Shown one piece after another: positions 30,998 through 41,114 of a stretch of DNA of 64,000 nucleotides. The position numbers were made by a program, and so were the translations under genes. Location of the stretch: contig CAVZGV010000003.1 of NCBI GenBank assembly GCA_963774955.1, positions 128,771 to 192,770 on the forward strand, read 5' to 3'. Numbering within the stretch: position 1 is the first letter of the stretch; the number at the start of each line of letters is the position of its first letter. Source of the DNA: Candidatus Falkowbacteria bacterium. GTDB lineage: Bacteria; Patescibacteriota; Patescibacteriia; CAIXNZ01. The notes below the pieces were generated by a model. That model did not search any database. It had not been told where the DNA came from and was given only the letters and a program-made list of their open reading frames with translations.

Positions 30998-32097
30998 ATG
31001 AAAAGCCTAAATTGAATATCATCATGTTTAACATGTCCCGTTACAGCGACTGGCAAAAGGGGATTGCCAACCGCAATTATCATGTTTTGCATAATTTGGT
31101 AAAAAATGATCAGGTCAATAAAATCATTGCCGTTGATTTTTTGCCGTTTAACTGGAAAATGGCGGTTAAAACATACATTAATGACCAGATATTTAATGAC
31201 GCGCGCGGTGAAATAATTTATGGCGACCTGACTTCTCGCTGTTGGCAGGTAAGCAGTAAAATCTTGGTTTATTCGACTATTGATTCTGTTTTAAAGCCTA
31301 AACGCATAATCAATGAACTGAAACGGATTGTAACGGAACAGGATATGGAGGAAAATTTACTGATCTGGAGCTATAATCCTATGTATACTGATTATTTTAA
31401 AAAATTTACGAACGCGCTTTATGTCTTTGATGCGGTTGATGACTGGCTCAGTCATTCCAGCTATAAAAAATATGAGAAAATTTTACGGGGCAATTATGAA
31501 ACCATTAAGGCCAAGTCTGATTTGATCTTTACGGTCTCTGAATATTTACGTGACAATTTATTTGATAAGCAAAACCATGTTCACTGGCTGCCTAATGCGG
31601 TTGATTTGGAGTTTTTTCAGAATGAAACTAAAGCTCATCCGCTGCTGGAAAAATTTCCGCATCCTGTGGTCGGGTTTTTGGGGATTTTGCAGGATAGGGT
31701 TGATACCAAAATTATTGAATATTTAGCGGCCAATAATCCAGAGATGTCGGTTGTTTTGGCCGGGCCTGTGTGGAAAAATTTTTCCACTAAAGAATTAAAT
31801 AAATACAGCAATATTCATTTCTTGGGGCCAATTAAACATTGGGAGATTCCCCAACTTTATAACGGTTTTGATGTCGGGATTATACCTTATAAAACCAATA
31901 AATTCGTAAAATCAACCGATCCCATGAAGTTTTATGAATATCTGGCAGCTAATTTGCCGGTTGTATCTACAGCTGTGCCCGGAGCTGACCGTTTTGGGGA
32001 AATGGTCCTGGTGGCTAATTCTCCGGAGCAGTTTAGTGACGCGGTTGAGCAGTCCTTATCGGGTGAACGTGATATTTTGAAAGGACGAAAGATATAA
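30994..32097 (+). CDS. glycosyltransferase (GT1/GT4-like C-terminal fold)
   Basis: GFLGILQDRVD...AGPVW...IPYKTNKFVKSTDPMKFYEYLAANLPVVST. Confidence 0.55.
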   Translation: MNEKPKLNIIMFNMSRYSDWQKGIANRNYHVLHNLVKNDQVNKIIAVDFLPFNWKMAVKTYINDQIFNDARGEIIYGDLTSRCWQVSSKILVYSTIDSVLKPKRIINELKRIVTEQDMEENLLIWSYNPMYTDYFKKFTNALYVFDAVDDWLSHSSYKKYEKILRGNYETIKAKSDLIFTVSEYLRDNLFDKQNHVHWLPNAVDLEFFQNETKAHPLLEKFPHPVVGFLGILQDRVDTKIIEYLAANNPEMSVVLAGPVWKNFSTKELNKYSNIHFLGPIKHWEIPQLYNGFDVGIIPYKTNKFVKSTDPMKFYEYLAANLPVVSTAVPGADRFGEMVLVANSPEQFSDAVEQSLSGERDILKGRKI

Positions 32098-32174
32098 AAT
32101 GCTGGAGAAGAATACCTGGCAGGTAAGGGTGGGAGAAATGCTGGATTTGATTTGCGAAAAATTATAAACTGCGT

Positions 32175-32213
32175 CCCTGTAGGCGACCCCGCGTCGCGGG
32201 GTCGCCTACAGGG
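32175..32213. repeat. 39-bp perfect GC-rich palindrome immediately upstream of the GT2 gene
   Basis: CCCTGTAGGCGACCCCGCG-T-CGCGGGGTCGCCTACAGGG. Shares the core CCGCGTCGCGG with the hairpin at 7938. Confidence 0.7.
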
Positions 32214-32224
32214 GGAACGAATGT

Positions 32225-33094
32225 ATGCAACTATCAATAATAATCGTTAATTGGAACGTCAAAGATCTGCTGCGCAAAAACTTACAGTCGATTTTTAAGT
32301 TGACTCAGGGTTTGGAGTTTGAAGTTATTGTGGTTGATAACGCCTCTAAAGACGGGTCAGTCGCTATGGTTATGTCAGAATTTCCCCGGGTAAATTTGAT
32401 TGCCTCCAATGAAAATTTAGGTTTTGCTAAAGGCAATAATCTGGCCTTGGAGCAGGTAACGGGGAAGTATGTTTTATTTATGAATCCGGATATGGAGTTA
32501 ACGGAAAATAGTTTTAAAGTTTTAATTGACTGGATGGAATTAAACTTGAAAATTGATTTAGGTACTTGCCAGCTCACTTATCCTGACGGTACCAGGCAAA
32601 ATAATATCAAAAATAACCCGAGACTGTGTGATCAGCTTTTAATTTTATTGAAACTGCATCATTTAATTCAACCCAAGTGTTTGAAAAAATATCTGGCCAA
32701 AGATTTTGATTATACTAAGGAACAAGAAGTAAAACAAATTATGGGCGCATTTACTTTGGTGAAAAATGAAGTTATCCGTGACTTGGGCGGCTGGGATGAG
32801 GATTATTTTTTATGGTGGGAGGATTTGGATTTGTGCACGCGAGCGCAGGCTAAGGGCTATCAGATTTGGTACACACCCCAAACCAAAGTGATTCATTATG
32901 AAGCCAAGAGTTTTGAACAGGAATTAAGTTTGATAAAGCAAAAAAGATTTAACAGGGGCATGGCTTTCTATTTCTTGAAGCACAATGGTTTAATAAGTTA
33001 TATAGTTGTAAAGTTGTTAAGTTTAATTAGTTTGGGGTTGGCCTGGGTTAGTCAGGTATTTAAAGTAAAGCCCAAACCGCAGTCGAAAATATAA
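32225..33094 (+). CDS. GT2-family glycosyltransferase (rhamnosyltransferase-like)
   Basis: LSIIIVNWN...VIVVDNASKDGS...ENLGFAKGNN and a DxD-containing core. Confidence 0.8.
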   Translation: MQLSIIIVNWNVKDLLRKNLQSIFKLTQGLEFEVIVVDNASKDGSVAMVMSEFPRVNLIASNENLGFAKGNNLALEQVTGKYVLFMNPDMELTENSFKVLIDWMELNLKIDLGTCQLTYPDGTRQNNIKNNPRLCDQLLILLKLHHLIQPKCLKKYLAKDFDYTKEQEVKQIMGAFTLVKNEVIRDLGGWDEDYFLWWEDLDLCTRAQAKGYQIWYTPQTKVIHYEAKSFEQELSLIKQKRFNRGMAFYFLKHNGLISYIVVKLLSLISLGLAWVSQVFKVKPKPQSKI

Positions 33095-33167
33095 ATCTAC
33101 AGATTACAGATAAATACAGATATACAGATGGCTTTATCAATTCGTGGATTCGCATGATAATTCGCAT

Positions 33168-33420
33168 AATAAAAAAAGCCCCGCGACTGCAGGGCGAGAA
33201 AAAGGAAGGCTTGGAGCGGATACTCGGCACAGGACTATGTTTCCTGGGGAGGTCATTTTTTGGGTCAATCAATTAATAAACCACCCATCGGTGGAAAATG
33301 ACATTCCAACCACTCCCTGTCCGAGAAGAGCCCGATACGATTTGTATCTTTCCCTTGGAAAACTTTGTGGCCACAATTTGCGGGCATTGTTTCCGAAAGC
33401 GCTCTTATTCTCCAAACCTG
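33168..33420 (-). ncRNA. candidate small non-coding RNA (about 250 nt), identity unknown (6S-like closing stem?)
   Basis: Minus-strand consensus promoter TTGACA-17-TAACAT (plus 33426-33454). Minus-strand terminator GCCCUGCAGUCGCGGGGC plus U-run (plus 33167-33194). No credible ORF. The 5' GGUUUGGAG can pair with the 3' CUCCAAGCC. Confidence 0.3.
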
Positions 33421-33504
33421 ATTTGATGTTAACAAAAATAAGCAATATTGTCAAGAGCAGTAAAAAGTTAAAATAAAAAAGGCCCCACCGATACTGCTGG
33501 TGGG

Positions 33505-33845
33505 GCAAAAAACTTACCCTATGATCACTCGGGTAAGTGTACCCTGGGATGCTCTATCCCTGGGGTGGTTCCATTTATTTTCAACCTGGATTTTCCAGGG
33601 AAAATTCGGCCGGGCTGAGATGATGGGTCAACTGGTATCTTCCATTCCCGCGTGCTCCTGCTCGCGGGCGAAGAATATCCAATCGAGGCGGCTGCCCTTT
33701 GGGAGTGTGCACCTTCCCAAAGCTTTTCCATTTCCCATCTGAGTGGACATGCCAAGGCAATAAGCCCAGACACCTTCCTCAATAATCGCTTACCTCCTTG
33801 ACGAGGATCAGCGCTCCCTCTTCTCAGCCAATTTGGAATGTTGAT
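33505..33845 (-). ncRNA. GC-rich structured RNA of about 340 nt, possibly RNase P RNA (rnpB)
   Basis: Minus-strand promoter TTGACA-17-TACATT (plus 33849-33878). Tandem minus-strand terminators (plus 33512-33538 and 33482-33506). Only spurious overlapping ORFs. Motifs resemble the RNase P P4 halves: GAGGAAGGUGUCUGGGCU near the 5' end and CAGCCCGGCCGAAU near the 3' end. Confidence 0.35.
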
Positions 33846-35412
33846 GAAAATGTATCATAAATTAATAAATTTGTCAATACAAATTATGTTTAATATCGCA
33901 GTTAAATTACTAAAAAAGGACATATTCAGGCTTATTTTAGCCATTTTTGTTATTGAAATGCTTTCTTTAATCAGCTTTAAGCTAGCCTGGTTATCAGGCA
34001 TATTCCTGGTCTTGGTGGCAATTGGCGTGCTTTTATTCACTTTATATAAGCTGGAATATGGTCTATTGATAGCTTTGGCTGAACTGATGATCGGGTCACA
34101 GGGGTACTTGTTTTACCTGGATTTGCCGGGTTTCAGAGTTTCCATTCGTTTGGTAATATTTTTGATCGTCTTTTTTGTCTGGCTGGTAAAATATGTCCTT
34201 GTCCCTTGCGCCGGCAAAAAAGTGTGCCCCTTATGGTGGGGGCTTAATTTACATAAGAATAACAGACTGGTGCAAACTTTCGGATTATTATTACTTTTTA
34301 TTGCCTTTGGTTTTATAAACGGTATCTGGCATCAACATGGAATAAAAAATGTGTTCTTTGATTTTAACGGTTATTTGTATTTCGGCTTGTTCTTTGTTTT
34401 TCTGGAAGTTTTTAAATCCAAGCGTCAGGTTGATAATTGCCTTAAAGTTTTTTGGGCTGCTTTGACTTATATTTCCCTGGAAATATTTGCGCTTTTATAT
34501 ATATTTTCTCACGGCCTCCCTTATGTCACCGACTTCGTCTATACCTGGATTAGAGATACGCGGGTAGGGGAGATTACTTATGCCGGCGGTAATTTTTTTC
34601 GAATATTCTTTCAATCCCAGAGTTGGAGTTTGATCGCTGTTTTTGTTTTGGCCATGCTGATTTTAATGATAAAATTCCGAAGCAGTGAGTGGCCGGCTGC
34701 AGTCTGGAAATCCAAATGGCCGTCACTTTTTTGCCTGTTGGTTACGGTGGAAGCTTCCATTCTAATCTCTTTTTCCCGATCATTTTGGCTTGGAGGTCTG
34801 GTCGGACTTTTGGTCCTGGCCGTATATTTAATTTTTATTGCCAAGCTTGGCCTGAAAAAATTGATCCAGTCAGCCGGAATATTAGGGGCTTCGGGTATTT
34901 TAAGCGTAATTATAGTCCTGGTGATTGTTAATTTCCCCATACCGAAACCTTCAGGTTTATTTTCCGCTGATATGTTTAAAGATCGTTTGGCCATGATTTC
35001 CGGGGAAGCCGGAGTGTCCAGCCGTTGGAATTTACTGCCGGTTTTGATTAATAAAGTCAAAGAAGCACCTTTGCTAGGCAGTGGTTTTGGGACGACAGTG
35101 ACTTACAAAACTGAAGATCCGCGCATCAGGAACGCAGATAATCCCGACGGCAATTATACGACTTATACTTTTGAATGGGGTTATTTGGATACAGTGACCG
35201 AAGTCGGTATAATTGGCGCCTTGGTTTATTTGATATTGATAGGACAAATAATGTATTCAGGCTGGAAAATAAGAAAAAATTTTATCGTTGCCGGATTTTT
35301 AATAGGTTTAATAGTTCTAATGGTAACTCATGCTTTTAGTCCGTATTTAAATCACCCATTGGGCATCAGCTATATTATGCTGTGCGCGGCCATTTTTAAG
35401 GTTGATCTTTGA
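33838..35412 (+). CDS. O-antigen ligase/polymerase-like (Wzy_C family) membrane protein; start uncertain
   Basis: Ten or more TM helices and a Wzy_C-like loop FEWGYLDTVTEVGIIG. The first codons overlap the divergent ncRNA promoter. Confidence 0.55.
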   Translation: MLMKMYHKLINLSIQIMFNIAVKLLKKDIFRLILAIFVIEMLSLISFKLAWLSGIFLVLVAIGVLLFTLYKLEYGLLIALAELMIGSQGYLFYLDLPGFRVSIRLVIFLIVFFVWLVKYVLVPCAGKKVCPLWWGLNLHKNNRLVQTFGLLLLFIAFGFINGIWHQHGIKNVFFDFNGYLYFGLFFVFLEVFKSKRQVDNCLKVFWAALTYISLEIFALLYIFSHGLPYVTDFVYTWIRDTRVGEITYAGGNFFRIFFQSQSWSLIAVFVLAMLILMIKFRSSEWPAAVWKSKWPSLFCLLVTVEASILISFSRSFWLGGLVGLLVLAVYLIFIAKLGLKKLIQSAGILGASGILSVIIVLVIVNFPIPKPSGLFSADMFKDRLAMISGEAGVSSRWNLLPVLINKVKEAPLLGSGFGTTVTYKTEDPRIRNADNPDGNYTTYTFEWGYLDTVTEVGIIGALVYLILIGQIMYSGWKIRKNFIVAGFLIGLIVLMVTHAFSPYLNHPLGISYIMLCAAIFKVDL

Positions 35413-35509
35413 GCCACTCTATGGTAAGTTTAAGCTGTTAATTAAGCTACAAATATACAAATTATTACAAATTTGTATTCATTTGTATTTATTTGTATAT
35501 TTGTAACCT

Positions 35510-37312
35510 ATGTTAAATAGTCAAACCGATGAAATAAAATCAAAGGTGGATATTGTAGATATAATATCCGAATACGTCCAGCTCAAGCAGGCCGGAGCCA
35601 ACTGGAAGGCTCCGTGTCCTTTTCATAATGAAAAAACTCCTTCTTTTATGGTTTCCCGAGATAAGCAGATTTTTCATTGTTTCGGCTGTGGGGAAGGCGG
35701 TGATATCTTTACCTTTGTCCAAAAAATTGAAAATGTTGATTTCCCGGAAGCGCTCAATATGCTGGCGCAAAAAGCCGGGGTGAAATTGACCAAGGTTGAT
35801 CCGGCCACAGTTTCCCAAAAGACCAAGTTGATGGATATTTGCCGTTTATCCGCGGAATTTTTTCATAAGGCTCTTTTAAATTCCAAAGAAGGCCAGCTTG
35901 CCCGTAATTATATTACTAAGCGACAGTTAAAGCCTGAAATTGTTGAGGAATTCAAAATTGGTTATGCGCCTGATTCCTGGGATTTGCTTTTAAATTTATT
36001 ACGTAAAAAAGGCTATAAAGATAATGATATTTTATTAGCCGGCATGGTGGTGAAAAATGACCGTGGCCAGCTTTATGACCGTTTCAGGCAACGGCTGATG
36101 TTTCCGATTTTTGATCACAACAGCAATATCGTCGGGTTTACCGGCCGAATTTTGGATGAAAGCAAGGCCAATCAGGGCGGTAAATACGTGAATACTCCGC
36201 AGACTTTGATTTATAATAAAAGCCTGCTGGCTTATGGCTTGGATAAAGCCAAATCAGAAATCAAAAAACAGGATTTAGTCGTAGTCGTCGAAGGCAATAT
36301 GGATGTGGTGGCTTCGCATCAGGCTGGTGTTAAAAACGTGATTGCCTCTTCCGGTACGGCTTTGACACTGGAACAATTGAAAATTTTACAGAGATATACC
36401 AATAATATCGCTTTATCTTTTGACGCTGATCTGGCCGGACAGGTGGCGGCTGAACGTGGTATTGATACAGCTTTATCTTTGGGCATGAATATTAAAGTTA
36501 TTACTTTGCCCAAGGAGATTAAAGGCAAGGTGATCAAAGATCCTGACGATTGTCTTAAAGAAGGGGTGGAATACTGGCAGCAGTCTATTAGCCAGGCCAA
36601 AACTATAATGCAATTTTATTTTGATAAAGTTTTTGTGCAATTTGATAATAATAATCCGCAGGCCAAAAAGGAAATAGCCGCCAAGCTGTTAAAACAGCTG
36701 GCTAAATTAACCGACAAAGTGGAACAAAATCACTGGCTGGGTAATTTAGCGGAAAGGCTGGATGTGCCGCTGACAATTTTGCGGGAAACTTTTAATAATT
36801 ATTTGGATAAAGCCACCGTCCCTCAGCAGCAAATAAAAATTGAGCCTTCAATCCGTAAAAATAGGGAGGAACTTCTGGCCGATCAGCTTTTGGCTTTAGC
36901 CCTGAAATATCCGGAAAACCTGCCTTATATTATCGATCATACTGAAAAAGAAATTATAACCGAGCCTAAGATGGCGAGGGTTTACACCGAGCTTGTTTTA
37001 TACTATAATAAAAGCAATAAGTTTGTTTATTCTGAATTTGAAAAAATATTATCAGAACAAGACAAAGAACTCAGTAATCTACCGGCGACCTTAATGCTTT
37101 TAGCGGACAAGGATTTTTTTGATTTTACTGAGGACAAGATTAAGAGTGAAATAATGAATATAGTAAAAGAATTAAAAAAGAGTCTGCTCAGCCATAAGCT
37201 AAAACAAGTCCAGAAACTCCTAAGCGAGGCGGAAAAAAATAAAGATCAGAAGCAACTGGAGGAATTGGCCAGAGATTTTTCCGCTTTATCCGAACAATTA
37301 CAAATATTATAA
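35510..37312 (+). CDS. dnaG: DNA primase DnaG
   Basis: Zinc ribbon CPFHNEKTPSF...HCFGCG, TOPRIM VVVVEGNMDV and C-terminal helical domains. Confidence 0.9.
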   Translation: MLNSQTDEIKSKVDIVDIISEYVQLKQAGANWKAPCPFHNEKTPSFMVSRDKQIFHCFGCGEGGDIFTFVQKIENVDFPEALNMLAQKAGVKLTKVDPATVSQKTKLMDICRLSAEFFHKALLNSKEGQLARNYITKRQLKPEIVEEFKIGYAPDSWDLLLNLLRKKGYKDNDILLAGMVVKNDRGQLYDRFRQRLMFPIFDHNSNIVGFTGRILDESKANQGGKYVNTPQTLIYNKSLLAYGLDKAKSEIKKQDLVVVVEGNMDVVASHQAGVKNVIASSGTALTLEQLKILQRYTNNIALSFDADLAGQVAAERGIDTALSLGMNIKVITLPKEIKGKVIKDPDDCLKEGVEYWQQSISQAKTIMQFYFDKVFVQFDNNNPQAKKEIAAKLLKQLAKLTDKVEQNHWLGNLAERLDVPLTILRETFNNYLDKATVPQQQIKIEPSIRKNREELLADQLLALALKYPENLPYIIDHTEKEIITEPKMARVYTELVLYYNKSNKFVYSEFEKILSEQDKELSNLPATLMLLADKDFFDFTEDKIKSEIMNIVKELKKSLLSHKLKQVQKLLSEAEKNKDQKQLEELARDFSALSEQLQIL

Positions 37313-37393
37313 TTAAAAGATATACGATATATAGTTTGGGATTTAAGCTCAGCTTCTATCTTAAAACTTATATCTTCAAGCCACTCAAATAAT

Positions 37394-38626
37394 ATGTCTA
37401 AGAAAATATCCGTGAAAAAAGGAAAAACAAAAGCTAAAGTTTTCAAAAAGCCAAAAAAGTTTAACCCTAAGAAAAAGAGGCTGGCGCATAAGCCGAAAAA
37501 ATCAAGTTCAGCCCTCCGGTCTAAAAAAAGTGAGGTAGTCAGACCGACGGAGGAACAACTGCAGCATCTTTTGGATAAAGGGCGCGGCCGTGGCTTTTTA
37601 ACTGAGCAGGAAATCCTTCATGTTTTTCCGGAAGTAGAAGAATACCTTGATATCTTTGAAAATTTTTTACAACAGCTGGAAGATCAGGCGGTTCAGATCG
37701 TGGCTTTAAAAGGCGGCATGCTGAGCACGTCAAAAGAAAAGGAAGAAATGATGGAGAAAGCCGGGATGGCCAAGGATAAAAAGAAATTTGACATATCTGA
37801 AATATCCGAGGATTCCATCCAGATGTATTTAAGGGAAATCGGCAAGGTCCCGCTTTTATCATCAGAAGAAGAAATGACTTTGGCGCGGCGCAAGGATAAA
37901 GGCGATAAAGAAGCCTTTAAAAAAATAATTCAGGCCAATTTGCGTCTGGTGGTTTCGATTGCCAAAAAATTTGTAGGTAAAAGCATGTCTCTTTTGGATT
38001 TAATTCAGGAAGGTAATATCGGCTTATTTAAAGCCGTGGAAAAGTTTGATCCCAAAAAAGGTTATAAGTTTTCCACTTATGCCACCTGGTGGATCAGGCA
38101 GGCGATTACGCGTTCATTGGCTGACCAGTCAAGAACTATTCGTATTCCGGTTCATATGGTGGAAACAATTAATAAATTCCAGCAGGTTCAGCGCCGCTTG
38201 ATTCAGGATTTGGGTCGCGAGCCTTTGCCTGAGGAAATTGCCGCGGAAATGGGCGAGGATATTGATAAAGTTCGTCACATTATTAATATTTCCCAGGAAA
38301 CCATATCTTTGGAAACTTCAGTCGGTGAAGACGAAGAAGATTCTACTTTGGAAGATTTTATTGAAGACGTGAAAAATATGACACCTGACCGCGCTGCGGC
38401 CCTGGAACTTTTACGTGATTATGTCAGGGGAATTATCAGTGAATTGTCTCCCCGTGAACAAAAGATCTTGGAAATGCGCTTTGGTCTAACAGACGGTGTG
38501 GCTCATACCTTGGAAGAAGTCGGTCAGGAATTTGACGTTACCCGCGAACGTATCAGACAGATTGAAGCCAAAGCCTTGGAAAGGATTAAACAGCACGCCG
38601 GCATTGAAAAATTAAGGGATTTTTAA
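37394..38626 (+). CDS. rpoD: primary sigma-70 factor RpoD with K-rich N-terminal extension
   Basis: Region 1.2, region 2 ([14 protein letters not shown]), regions 3 and 4.2. Follows dnaG. Confidence 0.9.
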   Translation: MSKKISVKKGKTKAKVFKKPKKFNPKKKRLAHKPKKSSSALRSKKSEVVRPTEEQLQHLLDKGRGRGFLTEQEILHVFPEVEEYLDIFENFLQQLEDQAVQIVALKGGMLSTSKEKEEMMEKAGMAKDKKKFDISEISEDSIQMYLREIGKVPLLSSEEEMTLARRKDKGDKEAFKKIIQANLRLVVSIAKKFVGKSMSLLDLIQEGNIGLFKAVEKFDPKKGYKFSTYATWWIRQAITRSLADQSRTIRIPVHMVETINKFQQVQRRLIQDLGREPLPEEIAAEMGEDIDKVRHIINISQETISLETSVGEDEEDSTLEDFIEDVKNMTPDRAAALELLRDYVRGIISELSPREQKILEMRFGLTDGVAHTLEEVGQEFDVTRERIRQIEAKALERIKQHAGIEKLRDF

Positions 38627-38636
38627 AATAAATACC

Positions 38637-38663
38637 CAGCCTTTCGCGAAAGGCTGGGTGTTT
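38637..38663. terminator. bidirectional terminator
   Basis: CCCAGCCTTTCGCGAAAGGCTGGG followed by TGTTTTGTTG. Confidence 0.6.
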
Positions 38664-38676
38664 TGTTGTTTGATAA

Positions 38677-39102
38677 TTACGGCGTGATAATAGTGCCGCT
38701 TGGAGGAGTCTCCGGAATTTGCACCTGTGATTCAGCCTCACGAATTCGTTCCAGAATATCAGCATGTTCCAGCAGCCACGCTTCCATAGAAGCATTGTTG
38801 TTGGCAATGAAGACTTCTTCAGCGATTTTGGGGTGGATATAGGGCAGGGGTTTGGGGCTGAGGTGCCCATCCTCCTGCAAAATGCCGACTGCATGGGCAA
38901 ATTCTTTGACGGCAAAGAAGTTCATCATGCCTCTGCAGCATTTGAATTCAGCCTCAATCATACAGGCTTCATAGAGGATCTGCTGAGACAGGCCTCCCTT
39001 TTCAATCTCTTCCTTGATTTTTTTGATGAAGATCTGGCAAGCCTCGGCCAACGTTTTGGCGTCAGCCACTCTGTCCATCGCAATGATCACTCGATACATT
39101 GT
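38677..39102 (-). CDS. hypothetical protein (about 141 aa)
   Basis: Minus-strand RBS AAGGAGGAGACA then ATG at 39102; the track ORF extends to 39300. Downstream of the PEP-utilizing gene on the same strand. Confidence 0.45.
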   Translation of the reverse strand, partial: TMYRVIIAMDRVADAKTLAEACQIFIKKIKEEIEKGGLSQQILYEACMIEAEFKCCRGMMNFFAVKEFAHAVGILQEDGHLSPKPLPYIHPKIAEEVFIANNNASMEAWLLEHADILERIREAESQVQIPETPPSGTIITP

Positions 39103-39208
39103 CTCCTCCTTTTTGTTTCGGACGTTCCTAATACATATTAAATTATGAATAGGATTTAAGCTGATAAATAAAAAAGCGGGCTTTCCCTGATGGGATTGCC
39201 CGCTTAAG

Positions 39209-40957
39209 TTATTTTGAGAGATGTAGCAGCAGTTTTTCAAGGTAGGCATGCAAACCGCTGTTCCAAATATTATCATCAATGGCCCAATCGCCGTTGGCAA
39301 TCACGACTTTTAAACTGGTTATGAATCCAGTAAGGCCGCATTCAGCGACGATTGTCTCATCCAATCGGAGAGGATCAAACCCGAGAGGATTATCATCTGG
39401 CGCCAGAGCATAATGAACGTTGTAGAAATGTGAGGCTTTTTCAGCCTCGAAATTTTCAAGCTCTAGCGCACTTGACCTCAGGATATTTGACCATTCACGT
39501 ATCTGAAAGAGTGAATAGTCGTTTGGCTTGGCTTCCTTGGACACATAGACATAACCTTCATTTTTGACCGCATCAATCATAACTTCGACCGCAGTCTCCC
39601 AGATGGTTATGACATTATTGGTGTAACCGGCCATGGCTCCTGGTAGGGAGAATAAGGGGGTAGGATCAAATTCTCCGCCCAGGAAAAGAATTTTACTTCT
39701 TTTACAAAGCTGGGCAAAATGGGTAGCACCTGTGCCAATAGAATGATCAGCTTGACTCATGCCTGCTTGGGCAAGCATTAAGTGCTGTTCTGGAGTGTAG
39801 GTTATCTGCTTTTCAATAACAGCTGCAGCCTGGCTGAAATGCCGAAAAGCAAGTCGATGGCCCCGGTGATTGATATCCGCAAGTTGCGATAAAGCATCCT
39901 GGGGTACAATCAAAAGGTGGTCCTTTAGTGATTCGTTCAGATGTCCTAAGGCTAGGGAGATTTCTGGTGACCATTCATGAACATAGACAATACCTTTACA
40001 GGTTGCTTGCCCTGAATGGAGCACATCATTTGATTTTAGGAGCAGGAAATAGCCGCTGCTATCAAAAGATACGTTGCCGGGAAGTTGATCTTCATAGTCT
40101 GCGCATTGGACAATGAATATTTTATCTCCGTTAATCGACCACTCCAGATAAAAACCACCTTGTTTTTGGAGTTTGGCCAATTTGTCGAAAAGACTGTTGA
40201 AGGCTGTAAACCCGCGGGCAAGCTCAACGTGGATTTCTGAATATTGAGTATGTATTTGCTTAATCTTGCCCTCTAAGGAAATCGCATCTGCAAACTCCTG
40301 ATCCCACATTTCCCTTTGAAAATGCTGAAAATTTTCTGTAGGGAAATTGTAGATGATGCCGCTGCCAGTGACCGCTTGGGTCCCGAGGCCGATTACCGCC
40401 CGAACTGTTGCCAGACCGTTGTATGATGTGTAAGCAACTCCGGACAATGCCGGCAGGTAATGGTTTTCAAAATTGAAACCAATGACCGGTTGAATCAGGA
40501 TGGCCATGCCGATCGGTGAATTATTTTTGACTCGCCAAAGTTTGGCGTCATTGGTGAATTCGCTGGCGTAGACTGAAAGCTCGCAACTCCATAGGTTTTG
40601 CAGGTCCTGATGCCTGTTTCCGGTCGGCAGGAAAAATTCCGTTTTGTATATGCCAATGCCGCCGCATTCGGACAGGGCTGAAGAACGAACCGCATAAGGT
40701 GTGCCGATCTCCAACTTATCCAGAATTTTTTCATTAAGGGACAAAAGAAAATCAGGGCAATTATTCTTTTCGATTTGTTCCGTCGGTTCTTCAAAGTTTA
40801 ATTGCTCGGTCAACTGGTCGAAAATTCCAGTGGCAATTACGATTCCTTCGGGAATTGACAGCCCTATTTTCGTCAGGAGTTTTGCATGCTGATTTAAATC
40901 ATCAGCTTTTAGTCCAAGCTTGCCGGTGCCGAAGACTTCAAAAAGTCCTTGCTTCAT
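39209..40957 (-). CDS. PEP-utilizing enzyme family protein (PPDK/PEP synthase N-terminal ATP-grasp domain plus C-terminal region)
   Basis: FGTGKLGLKADDLNQHAKLLTKIGLSIPEGIVI and YAVRSSALSECGG match the pyruvate,water-dikinase N-domain signatures. Possible swivel-like GTGATHFAQL. Confidence 0.55.
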   Translation of the reverse strand: MKQGLFEVFGTGKLGLKADDLNQHAKLLTKIGLSIPEGIVIATGIFDQLTEQLNFEEPTEQIEKNNCPDFLLSLNEKILDKLEIGTPYAVRSSALSECGGIGIYKTEFFLPTGNRHQDLQNLWSCELSVYASEFTNDAKLWRVKNNSPIGMAILIQPVIGFNFENHYLPALSGVAYTSYNGLATVRAVIGLGTQAVTGSGIIYNFPTENFQHFQREMWDQEFADAISLEGKIKQIHTQYSEIHVELARGFTAFNSLFDKLAKLQKQGGFYLEWSINGDKIFIVQCADYEDQLPGNVSFDSSGYFLLLKSNDVLHSGQATCKGIVYVHEWSPEISLALGHLNESLKDHLLIVPQDALSQLADINHRGHRLAFRHFSQAAAVIEKQITYTPEQHLMLAQAGMSQADHSIGTGATHFAQLCKRSKILFLGGEFDPTPLFSLPGAMAGYTNNVITIWETAVEVMIDAVKNEGYVYVSKEAKPNDYSLFQIREWSNILRSSALELENFEAEKASHFYNVHYALAPDDNPLGFDPLRLDETIVAECGLTGFITSLKVVIANGDWAIDDNIWNSGLHAYLEKLLLHLSK

Positions 40958-41114
40958 TGTGATTCCTCCTTCCGTTTCTGCGTTTTTAAATGAACATTAT
41001 GTTTTCAAAAACTTACCAAAAAGTACATAAAAAGTCAATTGTTTCCTCAATTTGTCGAGATACTAAAAAACCTTACTAAGCCTGAGCAAAGTAAGGTTTG
41101 CATTCCGATAATTA

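Noticed and set aside
33144-33782. Four overlapping 60-110 aa ORFs on both strands (33144..33476, 33269..33508, 33500..33742, 33525..33782)
   Set aside because: They are mutually overlapping, low-complexity (P/S/R-rich), and span promoter and terminator elements of the two ncRNA candidates. The TTG-start ORF 33525..33782 has an AAGGAGG 11 nt upstream, but it lies inside the GC-rich structured RNA.
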